From assembly GCA_002633005.1 (NCBI GenBank), contig NMRA01000164.1, positions 496,489 to 560,488 of the forward strand: a stretch of 64,000 nt of DNA. Reading direction: 5' to 3'. This document shows positions 1 to 11,488 of this stretch, piece after piece. A program made the position numbers and the translations under genes. Under the pieces are notes generated by a model. The model searched no databases. It saw only the letters and a list, made by a program, of their open reading frames with translations, and was not told the origin of the DNA. The DNA is from Phoronis australis (lineage: Eukaryota; Animalia; Phoronida). Numbering within the stretch: the stretch's first letter is position 1; every line of letters starts with the position of its first letter.

Positions 1-157
1 AGTCATAGTAAAATTAATAAACAAGTATAAAGCCATATAAATCAAGAGCAGTGGCAGTGTATTTCAAGCACATTTACATGACTTAGTTTTATACTGCTGT
101 CATACTAAATGACTCCTTTTCAGTATTGGGACATATGTCAAACAAAAACATGCTTAC

Positions 158-233
158 CTTCATCAAGAACTTTGAGGTTGTTTCTGAGATGGTAAAACAT
201 AGTCAGATTGAATTTGTCCAGGTTTGTGGGATC
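158..233 (-). CDS. PPIL2: PPIL2 exon 7 ([25 protein letters not shown])
   Basis: Acceptor aacag, donor AAG|GTAAGC. Confidence 0.9.
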
Positions 234-3200
234 CTGTTACAGCAAAAAAACATGATTAGGTACAATGGAGAATGCTTTCATGCATTTTAAAAATGCAGGA
301 AAATACCCAAACCCCATAATTAGCATAAGAGACCATTCACAGTCATCACCATTTTCATGAGTATACAAACCGTATACTTTTACAAAGAGGGGCTAAGGTC
401 TGTTGCTAGCAAACGATTTTGTCAAAATTCATTGTTTTACTTGTAACTATTTCCAATGTAAAATAAACAAAGAAATGTTAAAAAATAAATGCTTTATTTT
501 ACCACCTCAATGTACATACAAACCCCAGCAGAGAAGCCCCACAAACAGCCAGTGGGATAAGTGTAAGATTTGTACACCTGTGAGAATGGCAGTTCCTAAT
601 GAGGTTGATATCTGTGCAAACATAAGTCCTGATTAATCTTAAATATGTGAAATATGCAAAATGCACATGCATCAAAATTCCCCTACTATGTACACTACAT
701 CTCTTAAACCTATACTTCCTTGCCAAATTCTGCTTAAATGCAAAGCAAGAGATTTGCAAAGCCCATCAAACTTAACCCGCTATTCAAATGAAGCCATTAA
801 CCTATCTGTTCTGAAGCAAATTTTTTACTCGTAAAGTGCTCCAGATGTTTTTTGTGGCAATGGAAATAATGTTCTACTGTGGTTAGGAAAGTATTGAAAC
901 TGAATTCTGTTCTGCCTACACTTGGTTTTGGCTTATTAGACAGCCAGACTGGAAGAAACAAAGTTTTGATATTTTTAAATACACCCGTGCAACTATGTAG
1001 GGTCGGAGTGCACAAGTGACCTCAGCTAAAGATAGCCATGAAAGAGAACTCACCTGTATCGTAATGATGTCACTTCTCGTGAAGGGTTCGTCTGTCAACA
1101 GATCTTTCCAGTGTTTGGGTTTAACGTTCAGTTTCTCAACAGCCTGTAACCATAGCAACAAACAAAGCTATCGATACATAGACAAAACAATTACTGAACT
1201 TCTACTTAACTAGTGCATGGAAGTAACTATACTGTTTCTAAAGATATTTGGTTTCAAAAATTTCAGCCTGAAGTAGAACAGTTTGATTGATATTTGCCCA
1301 AGACAACGAATAAAACAAATGTGTGTTCTTCTACACAGAATCCTATTACTCCTTTATGAAAGAACTTTTAAATTTATAGAAAGACACTTACATTGATTAT
1401 GTTGAAAAATGTGAACTAATTCAACCAGGACACGTGTGTATCTTGTGGAAGTGTTACCTTCAACCAAATGTTTATGAATTGTGGTTTTGTGAGGGTCAGC
1501 ATCTTTTAGTTCACATAATTACACACAATAATAAAAAACAGCTCATTGTGGATAAAAGGTAGAGCTCAAATTGGGACAAAAATAATTGCCAACTTACTAA
1601 TTTTCAAAAGCTTACTACATTGCTGGGAATCGTCAACATTTTAACACATCCTGTTTAGTGACAGCTGCAGCATACAAATCAGGCTAACAACAACAAAAGA
1701 CTTTTCATGAAATTTGACATAGAATTTTATCTATGCACCAATTTGCGTCTCAAACTGAAGAATTTTTAGTGTATTGCATACCTGTTGATATTTCATTCAT
1801 AAATGTTCTAGAGATCGGACAGTCCCATTTATAAGTACTATCTGTAAAATTATTGTTTCATAAAGCATTCCTTGAATGGATTTTTGGAATTTTAGATATA
1901 TTAGGCTACCCAGATAGTCCCAGCAAGAATGCAGCAACATAAGAAATCATGATTCTATCACTCAAACAGAGGCTCATCAAATGATGCGTTAAGTAGCCTA
2001 TTTGCGACATAGTGCTTAACCATGAGAATACAGACGAAAGAAAGGACGAAAGTAGCTGTTATTGAATAGGGATCTGAATAGAACACCATATAAAGATTCT
2101 TGTGATGTCACCGTTCATTACATTTACCAATTCATGGCATAGGTGTGATTGGAGCGACGCTCAAATCAGTGTATCAACCAAATCAACGTGTTTCCTTTTT
2201 GGAAAGTCTTCATGGAATATTCAACCACCTAAAACAATCTTTTGAGAAACCATTTATATTTACCAAGAGCAACTGTGATTTTATCCATATTAGATGCCTG
2301 TATGTGTTTTTGTACAACTATGTTTTTGTTTTCTTCAAACGTGCATATATTTTCAAAACTTGTACGCAAGAATCATAATTTAAATCTAAAACTATTAAAA
2401 CAGTGACAGAGTCATTATCAGTTGCCTGACAATAAAAAAGAATGTTGCAAATGCATTTGGCAGAAAAAAAAAACAAGAAGGTATACCCCACCATATGTGA
2501 AAAAACAAAACTTTGATTTAGGTCACTTGGCTATGAAACTGGTTTCCCTTTGTTCTTTACTCAGATTAGACACGATTTCCAAGTTTGAAAAGAACTGACA
2601 GTTTGTTGTTGCTTCCAGCGAGGCTCACCAAGTTTGTTTGTCACGATGTGTTGATTTCAGCCGTGATGAGGCAGCGTGGAATTCCAGGCATTTCATTGTA
2701 ACCAAATTCAGTTCAATCAAATGACGAGAACACAATGACACTCTTTTGAAAGACCAAAATACAGCAGTGAAGAATGTGCTTTTTGACACCAGAAAATGGT
2801 ATGATGTTTTGTCATGGTTATACATAAACTAATATAGAATGTCAGAATCACTTACATCGTATGCAAACACGTTTCCCGTAGTCTTGACAGCTACAATATG
2901 CGTGTTCTCGTTAAACACCTTAAATGTCACCGGACAGTGAAATTTTCCTGTAAAAGACAGCAAACAACTAACAACTTATGGGGTTTTACAAACTTCCAAA
3001 CTGTGTAATCTCACGCATCTAGGACACAACATGACAGACAAGTGAAATTTTATTTTGTCACTTTTTCATAAAAAATAAAAAGCACCAAATAAATGCTATC
3101 ATTTTTAAGTTCCATACTTTAGCTATCAACACACCATGTTTTGAGAAATTAGGGGCATTCACAATATTGAAAACGAAAGAAATTCAATTCTGGATATTAT

Positions 3201-6200
3201 TATTATTATTTTTGCCCAAAATTAGTGAGACTTTACCATAAATCTACCTGAACACTACTCAGCAATACTAATGACATCATGCACAAGTAAACTTGTCCTG
3301 GTAAAAACATTAAAATTTATGCATCATATCACAGAATTAGGGTCAATGTATCAACAAGATTTGTCAAACCAGAGCTTTGTGTAATAACAATCTCTAAGCG
3401 AACGTAATGAAATCGAAAACAGACCCAGTACACACAGCTACAACAATTTCTTTGATTTTGCTCACATTCTAAATGTATTCAGTTTTCCAAGTCTGGTCTC
3501 TGTCTTAGGTAGCAAACGAATACTACCAAACTGTTCCAGCCTGTTGCTTGGAGACACTTTTATCCTTTCATTTTTTGAAAGTTGTCTTTACGTGTCTGTA
3601 TCAATTCATCAAATATATGATTCATTTTGAAACATCAAAATCAGTTTTATAGATATGACTATAACTAGCAACTTATGCATGCATAAAATTTTTGATAGTT
3701 GTTTATTTGTAAGACAACACGCAGATTTTGAATATTAACTATAGATTAAAAACTGGTTACAAAAAATGTACTCATTTGGTAACACACCATTTCTTTCTGT
3801 TGTGTTTCAGGCTTGACTGTGTGAAAAATTCAGCTGTTTAATAACACCAATGAATGGATTAGATTGAATTGATCTGTTCAATAACACCAATGAATGGATT
3901 AGATTCAATTTATCTCTGTTTCTGGAACAAAATATGCAAAAAATGGTATTTTCATGAAAGTTCTCCACAAATGGGATAATTTTTTAGTCCACTCTCTAAA
4001 TGCGTGAGTGTTCTAATTCTTCAACTCCACTCACGTCAAAAACATAGTCAAACCACTCTCCCATGTCTCAGTTCCTTTGTACGGAGCAGACCAGTTATCC
4101 CCATCAGCAATGGCAATAAAACACTTTAGTTTCATTGAATTTTAGTGCCTTTTAGAAGCATGGTAGATAATTGGCTTGCAAGAGGAGCACACAGAACACA
4201 CCTTGGGCATTTTTGTGAAAGACAAGCTTGGTCAAATCTTTAGCAGACATTTTCTGAAATCAAATTAATCAAAACAATCACACTNTCTACTGCAATTAGG
4301 AAAGTATTGAAACTGAATTTTGTTCTGCCTCCACTTTTTTTGACTTTTTAGACAGCCAGACTGGAAGAAACAAAGTTTTGATATTTTTAAAACACACCTG
4401 TGCAGCCATGTAGGGTCGGAGTGCACAAGTGACCTCAGTTAAAGATATCCATGAAAGAGAACTCACCTGTATCGTAATGATGTCACTTCTCGTGAAGGGT
4501 TCGTCTGTCAACAGATCTTTCCAGTGTTTGGGTTTAATGTTCAGTTTCTCAACAGCCTGTAACCATAGCAACAAAGAAAGCTATCAATACATGGACAAAA
4601 CAATTACTGAACTTCTACTTAACTAGTGCATGGAAGTAACTATACTGTTTCTAAAGATATTTGGTTTAAAAAATTTCAGCCTGTTTGATTGATATTTGCC
4701 CAAGACAACGGATAAAACAAATGTGTGTTCTTCCACACAGAATCCTATTACTCCTTATGATAGAACTTTTAAATTTATAGACAGACACTTACATTGATTA
4801 TTTTGAAAAAGGTGAACTAATTCAACCACGACACGTGTGTATCTTGTGGAACTGTTACCTTCAACCAAATGTTTATGAATTGTGGTTTTGTGAGGGTCAT
4901 CTATTAGTTCACATAATTACACACAATAATAAATAACAGCTTCTTGTGGAAAAATGGTAGAATTCAAACTGGGACAAAAATAATTGCCAACTTACTAATT
5001 TTCAAAAGCTTACTACATTGCTGGGAATGGTCAACATTTTAACACATCCTGTTTAGTGACAGTTGCAGCAAACATACCAGGCTAACAACAACAAAAAACT
5101 TTTCAAGAAATTTGACATAGAATTTTATCTATGCACCAATTTGCGTCCCAAACTGAAGAATTTTTAGTGTATTGCATACCTGTTGATATTTCATTCATAA
5201 ATGTTCTAGAGATCAGACAGTCCCATTTACAAGTACTATCTGTAAACTTATTGTTTCTTAAAGCATTCCTTGAACGTGTTGATTTCAGCCGTGATGAGGC
5301 AGCGTGGAATTCCAGGCATTTCATTGTAACCAAATTCAGTTCAATCAAATGACGAGAACACAATGACACTCCTTTGAAAGACCAAAATACACCAGTGAAG
5401 AATGTGCTTTTTGACACCAAAACATGATATGATGTTTTGTCATAGTTATACATAAACCAATACAGAGCGTCAGAATCACTTACATCGAATGCAAACACGT
5501 TTCCCGTAGTCTTGACAGCTACAATATGCGTGTTCTCGTTAAACACCTTAAATGTCACCGGACAGTGAAATTTTCCTGTAAAAGACAGCAAACAACTAAC
5601 AACTTATGGGGTTTGACAAACTGCTAAACTGTGTAATCTCACCCATCTAGGACACAACATGACAGACAAGTGAAATTTTATTTTGTCACTTTTTCATAAA
5701 AAATAAAAAGCAACAAATAAATGCTATCATTTTTAAGTTCCATACTTTAGCTATCAACACACCATGTTTCGAGAAATTAGGGGCATTCACAATATTGAAA
5801 ATGAAAGAAATTCAATTCTGAATATTACTATTATTTTTGCCCAAAATTAGTGAGACTTTACCATAAATCTACCTGAGCACTACTCAGCAATACTAATGAC
5901 ATCATGCACAAGTAAACTTGTCCTGGTAAAAACATTAAAATTTATGCATCATATCACAGAATTAGGGTCAATGTATCAACAAGATTTGTCAAACCAGAGC
6001 TTTGTGTAATAACAATCGCTAAGCGAACGTAATGAAATCGAAAACAGACCCAGTACACACAGCTACAACAATTTCTTTGATTTTGCTCACATTCTAAATG
6101 TATTCAGTTTTCCAAGTCTGGTCTCTGTCTTAGGTAGCAAACGAATACTACCAAACTGTTCCAGCCTGTTGCTTGGAGACACTTTTATCCTTTCATTTTT

Positions 6201-9200
6201 TGAAAGTTGTCTTTACGTGTCTGTATCAATTCATCAAATATATGATTCATTTTGAAACATCAAAATCAGTTTTATAGATATGACTATAACTAGCAACTTA
6301 TGCATGCATAAAATTTTTGATAGTTGTTTATTTGTAAGACAACACGCAGATTTTGAATATTAACTATAGATTAAAAACTGGTTACAAAAAATGTACTCAT
6401 TTGGTAACACACCATTTCTTTCTGTTGTGTTTCAGGCTTGACTGTGTGAAAAATTCAGCTGTTTAATAACACCAATGAATGGATTAGATTGAATTGATCT
6501 GTTCAATAACACCAATGAATGGATTAGATTCAATTTATCTCTGTTTCTGGAACAAAATATGCAAAAAATGGTATTTTCATGAAAGTTCTCCACAAATGGG
6601 ATAATTTTTTAGTCCACTCTCTAAATGCGTGAGTGTTCTAATTCTTCAACTCCACTCACGTCAAAAACATAGTCAAACCACTCTCCCATGTCTCAGTTCC
6701 TTTGTACGGAGCAGACCAGTTATCCCCATCAGCAATGGCAATAAAACACTTTAGTTTCATTGAATTTTAGTGCCTTTTAGAAGCATGGTAGATAATTGGC
6801 TTGCAAGAGGAGCACACAGAACACACCTTGGGCATTTTTGTGAAAGACAAGCTTGGTCAAATCTTTAGCAGACATTTTCTGAAATCAAATTAATCAAAAC
6901 AATCACACTATGATTCTCCAGACAATGGAATTAACCTCTATAATCTACAATTCCATAACTGAGCTTCAAAAATGCAGCTGCATGAACTCTTGACATCTAA
7001 AAATGTCACAAGGCACATGTTGGAAGCTGGAAGCATGGTGCAGTTTTCCAGGTACTGCTCTAAATAAAAAGGAGCTGCTGACATTCATAACTCAGGGGGT
7101 ACTCCCATGCTGTGCACATGGAAGCATAAATACGGCCATCTTAGTGAGTGATAACAGCATAAATATGACCATCTTAGTGAGTGAAAAACCCTGTTCTAGG
7201 GTCCACGTTCAGCCGATGAAATAAACATAAGTAGAGTAGTATATTTCTCTAACAAATCAAAAAAAAAATCAAAAAACAATATCAGGAATATCAAAGCAAA
7301 CAGAAAGGTCTTTACAAAGCGGTATATCTTTTACGTTTCAACACCATTTGGCTCATTTCTAGACACCTTACAGTACACTTAGCACCCCCTGTGACTGACC
7401 CAGACACCTTGCAGTACATTTAGCACCCCCTGTGACTGACCCAAGGAGTACCTACCTTTCCATCCACTGGGTTGACGCCATATTTCTTTAAAAATGGCAC
7501 TATGTTCATCAAGTCGAATATTACGCCCTCTGGTGTACACAATGGGTGCTCAAATGGTTGAAACGACAAGCTGCAAAATGTACAGTTAAGCTTGACAGCA
7601 GTATAGGGGCCCGTTCCAACCAAGAAAACTGACTTAAATTTCAGTGAATTTTAAGATAAAACTTAAATATGTCACAAGTCTGTTTCAAGAAAGAGATCTT
7701 AGGTTTAACTTTAATTTTTGTCATGTTTTGTTTTAATTTTGACTATCTTACCAGATGAGGAAGTTTCAAAGTTTGGAAGCTGAAAGAAATATTAGACTTC
7801 AGTCAAAAATGAACTTGAGTCAGTTTCTTGGAATGGGCCTGAGAACTGTACATAACACGATCATTGAAAAGATACTGTGACTTACGTGTACACTGACTCT
7901 GCCCTCATCAAAACATGATGCTTCCTGAGTACATTACACTTCATTAAAGTTTACATTACCAATCGTGGTACGTGAAACATCATCAGACAGGTGAAGTAAG
8001 GTTGTCCTCAAATGATTCAGATCAGACTATATCAATTACACTGGTAGCAGATTCAGAGCCATGTGTTTGTAAACAATGTGCTAGAGAACTCCATCACTCT
8101 GCCAAGCACAAGTTGTAACTTTACTGTTTCTGGGTCACTTTTGATATTTCAAAAATGAATTGTGGATATAGGTTTACAATAAAGACAAATTCACCCAACG
8201 ATAACACAACAAACACGTAGAAACAATGTTTCAGTGAAGCCAGACGAAGGCTAATTTGTAATATGAGCCAACTAAAACCAGAGAGGAAGTCCAAGCTGAG
8301 CATGATGCTTTCTCCACTTTTACAACAGAAAACTGCGTAAGGTTGATATGTGTAGTATTATAGCTCTTTAGACTTAGAGATAAATATATTGAGTTCCGGT
8401 TCCATCAGCGTTGTTGTTCCTACAATATGTGCATCAAAGAAACCAGGACAACTACGTCAACTGGGTGAGTTTTCAAATTTGTCACGTTGACATAATGAAT
8501 CCAAACGCAAGTTTCCATACCGTGACTAATTGAGTATGTATAGCCACTGCTCGAGCTGAGCATAGAACTCAGTTTTGCATTTGCCCTCCCTTGTTCACTT
8601 CAAAGAGCCCCCAGGTTGCCACTTATTTCAAGCCCTCTCCGTTCGTCATGGCAACAGTTTTGTGTATGGCCGGCTTCACCTGTTGATTGCATTTGTCTGC
8701 AGCATTGACTATGATTCACACTCAGGCTCAAATGAATACGAAAACCCATGATGCAGCATATTTCAACAGTGCGCTAACAAAATATAACTTTGCATTTACA
8801 TTCTCAAGTCACTCAACACTAAATTTCAAGATACAATGCCCCTTTTTGATTGTTAGCCACACAAATACTTAAATACAAATCCAGTTTACAGCTTTTTCTT
8901 AAAAACTGTTCTTTTTCAATGCACAATTCTTTCAATAGCCACGAGCCTTATGGAGCAACCATCCACTTTCGCCATAAAATTTTTTATCACCTGCAGCAGA
9001 AGAATGGTAAGCGCTTGAAGTCTGCTTGTTCTTTCTTGGAAGTAGTGGCCTTTCCACCATATAAAGAGGACCACTCCGTGCATGTTAAATACCTGAAAAA
9101 TGAAATTGCCTGTTTACATCAAGTTCTCACTAAACAGCCTGCTCGGACGCAGTGCCTAAAACACATGCTCGCAGCAGGAACAGTGCATGTGTACAACAAA

Positions 9201-9556
9201 TCTTCAGAACAAAATGCTTTTAACATTTTAAAATGTTTTAAAAAAATACAATGCAGAAAGTAAATCGCAGCCAACACGTTTGCAGAAACTAATGCTCGTA
9301 GAGGATGCCACATGTACCAATTTTTAGCTAGCCAACTGCAACGCAGCCCAAACTAAAGGCGAAATTCAGAGCCAAGCTGGCAAAAGAGACAGTTCAGTTA
9401 AACACTTTGGTTTGTTTAGGATATCCAGACTGAATCACTCTGCCAGGCATTATTTTTCAGCAACATCTATGTTCTAAAACACTCAGAACCATTAGTGGAG
9501 TCGGTTAGAATTGCAAAATCTCACAGTTTGTCTTTCTGGTGCTGTTTCTTTCCCAT
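158..9556 (-). CDS. PPIL2: PPIL2 / cyclophilin-60 (U-box peptidyl-prolyl isomerase-like 2), 5' part of a spliced gene; continues beyond the left window edge
   Basis: Exons 9525-9556, 8991-9092, 7456-7570, 6827-6878, 5484-5575, 4467-4556 (second copies 4202-4253, 2856-2947, 1054-1143) and 158-233. All introns are GT-AG with compatible phases. Translation [18 protein letters not shown]...[44 protein letters not shown]...[28 protein letters not shown]...[26 protein letters not shown] matches the PPIL2 N-terminal U-box region as recalled. Confidence 0.95.
1054..1143 (-). CDS. PPIL2: PPIL2 exon 6, copy A (AVEKLNVKP...)
   Basis: Same splice sites as 4467-4556; V instead of I. Confidence 0.8.
2856..2947 (-). 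CDS. PPIL2: PPIL2 exon 5, copy A (ends ...GNVFAYD)
   Basis: Same splice sites as 5484-5575; TAC (Y) instead of TTC (F). Confidence 0.7.
4202..4253 (-). CDS. PPIL2: PPIL2 exon 4, copy A (duplicate)
   Basis: Identical to 6827-6878; lies in the duplicated block next to the single N at 4285. Confidence 0.6.
4467..4556 (-). CDS. PPIL2: PPIL2 exon 6 ([30 protein letters not shown]), copy B
   Basis: Acceptor ttacag, donor CAG|GTGAGT. Confidence 0.85.
5484..5575 (-). CDS. PPIL2: PPIL2 exon 5 ([11 protein letters not shown]...GNVFAFD), copy B
   Basis: Acceptor ttttacag, donor GAT|GTAAGT. Confidence 0.88.
6827..6878 (-). CDS. PPIL2: PPIL2 exon 4 ([18 protein letters not shown]), copy B
   Basis: Acceptor tttcag, donor AAG|GTGTGT. 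Confidence 0.88.
7361..7442. repeat. 41-bp direct repeat x2
   Basis: agacacctt(a/g)cagtaca(c/t)ttagcaccccctgtgactgaccc occurs twice. Confidence 0.85.
7456..7570 (-). CDS. PPIL2: PPIL2 exon 3 ([15 protein letters not shown]...YGVNPVDGK)
   Basis: Acceptor ttttgcag, donor AAG|GTAGGT; U-box core. Confidence 0.93.
8991..9092 (-). CDS. PPIL2: PPIL2 exon 2 ([14 protein letters not shown]...[10 protein letters not shown])
   Basis: Acceptor ttttcag, donor AG|GTGATA, frame continuous. Confidence 0.92.
9525..9556 (-). CDS. PPIL2: PPIL2 coding exon 1 ([11 protein letters not shown])
   Basis: ATG at 9556-9554; donor CT|GTGAGA. Confidence 0.92.
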
Positions 9557-9744
9557 TTTAAGAGGCCCACTGTGTAAGTACACACACACTGCAAGAAATC
9601 GTGAATACAGTCTAAGCGCCACCTGTAGAGATGTAAAGAAAAAGCGTCAGGAACAATTTTCAACCAATGAGAAGACGAGAAATCACCAGGAACCAAAATG
9701 GCGGCTTTGTGGTTTGCGTATTCACAAAGCTCTTGAAATTTGCG
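9557..9744. promoter_or_regulatory. Compact bidirectional promoter PPIL2/PCIF1 with CCAAT box and YY1-type motif; probable non-coding first exon of PCIF1
   Basis: PPIL2 ATG at 9556; CCAAT 9664-9668; CAAAATGGCGGC 9694-9705; candidate donor GCG|GTAAAT at 9744/9745. Confidence 0.65.
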
Positions 9745-11413
9745 GTAAATGCTCTGTTTAACAGACTGTAATCGACTACATTGTGTGCCAGAAGGTGCTA
9801 TATGATGCTCTGAATCGTTGTGCACTAGTTGGAACTCAATCGCATAAATGTTGTTCGTGATACAGTTCTCTAAACATGAGACCGCAAGTGTAGTGCTGCA
9901 CACGTTTTGAGTTGAGCAGAATGCAGTTGGCCTTGACTGAGAATGAATGTAATCTACTTATCAAACATTTACTGTGTTTGCTTGAAGTGGTCAATTTGAA
10001 TGAGCTACTATTCTAAAACATCCCTAATGGACAGTGACTAGTTGTAGTACTGTTAAAAATTTTTAGTTTGGAATGGAAATAAAGGATAATCCTATAAATT
10101 TTAAATTTTTCCCTGGTCCAAAAGTTTTGATTTTATTATATTTCAAGTGTGTAGCAATGACATTTTACCATAATTTGTGGATAACCTTGCATTTAAGCTG
10201 TCTATATTATTAGTGCTTTTTGACTAGTCCAAAATATTGAATTTTTCATTTTCCAAGTTTGGTGCAAGGACAATTAGTTTTGTGGGTAATCCTGAATTTT
10301 AAACTATTTCAAAGTGATGAGAGCCACTTACTTCCATTAAATAAAGCTGGGTCCTTTGCAACTGATAATCCAATTAATGGTATGTGAGGTTACACAAACA
10401 CCAATAAATGTGTTAAAAGTGTGAAGGGCAATGATGTGAACGTACTTGCAGTTGTACTTATAAAAGTACTCATGAACCTCCCTTGACAACCTCGTTATCA
10501 CTTATTTGATGGACAGTTGTCAAGCCAAATTAAAGCAATGTAACCATTGTGACAATGGTGATGTCAGTTTTCAAAGCCGATGGGGGACATTCTAATATGT
10601 TACAATTGTTGTCAAACAAGTAACAGTGACATATTAAAATGGGTTGTAGATAACATGTACTGTTATGACAGTTATTCAGTGGACATGTAAGTGATTCTTC
10701 ATGACTTCAAGCTAATTAAGTTGGTGAAAGTGAAGGATTTTCACAATGTGATTGTTCTTTAAAAAACGTGTATGATGCTTACTTTTGCAATAGTCTATAT
10801 TTATTACAAGCATTTCACACCAGCAAAATCTAACAGCTATTAATTAATTGTCTTGTTCACAGTCGTATTTTTTCAGAATGTGTGAAATTCCCGTAATACC
10901 ATTATTTTTCTAGTACAAATACTTTATTGTTATGATTATTACTATTAACCAAAATACAGTGTACATTATGAATCGGTTCAGAAGTGCTGAAATTGTAGCT
11001 TAACAGTAGTTGTATTTTCTTGTCATCTGCTCTAAATGTCGGCCATTGGACAATGCTGACAATGTATTGCATCAGTGCATTTGATTTGGTTTAAAGTGGC
11101 TATAAACCTGCCTTCCATTACAAAAACCAACTTTTGATTTAAACCTGTTACTGTCATAAAATTCTCAAATCGTTGGGCACGAATTTGAGAGGCTTTCAAA
11201 GCTTCGAAGTAACTTGCAGTGTGCTACTGCTTGACATCAGATTCTTCAAGCTGGCTAGGCACAGCAAGTCTTCATACCTTTGTCCTTGGTTATGTTGGAC
11301 TGGGAGAATAAAAAAAGCCACAGCCAGTCTTCTTCTTTAGGTCAATGAATGTGATGATTTTTTCTGATTTTTCAGCACTAATGGTTCCTTGAAAGGTAAA
11401 AACCCAATTTACG

Positions 11414-11488
11414 ATGAGTTTAGAAAACTCTGTTCTCCAAAATTCTACAGGCATGGGAAAAGAGTCCAAGGACCAAGATGCCACTACG
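11414..11488 (+). CDS. PCIF1: PCIF1 first coding exon ([25 protein letters not shown]; alternative ATG at 11453)
   Basis: Acceptors tttttcag (11375) and tctacag (11450); donor ACG|GTGAGT in phase with the WW exon; not supported by homology. Confidence 0.6.

Larger units (their letters stand above)
873..6909. repeat. Tandem segmental duplication (873-4284 and 4286-6909) joined by a single N; probable haplotype assembly artefact
   Basis: Near-identical blocks on either side of the n at 4285; copy A has an extra ~770 bp (1877-2646). Confidence 0.9.

Noticed and set aside
8521-8700. Possible poison exon in PPIL2 intron 2 (donor CACG|GTATGG, GC-richer patch)
   Set aside because: No convincing polypyrimidine tract or acceptor upstream; unsupported without RNA data.
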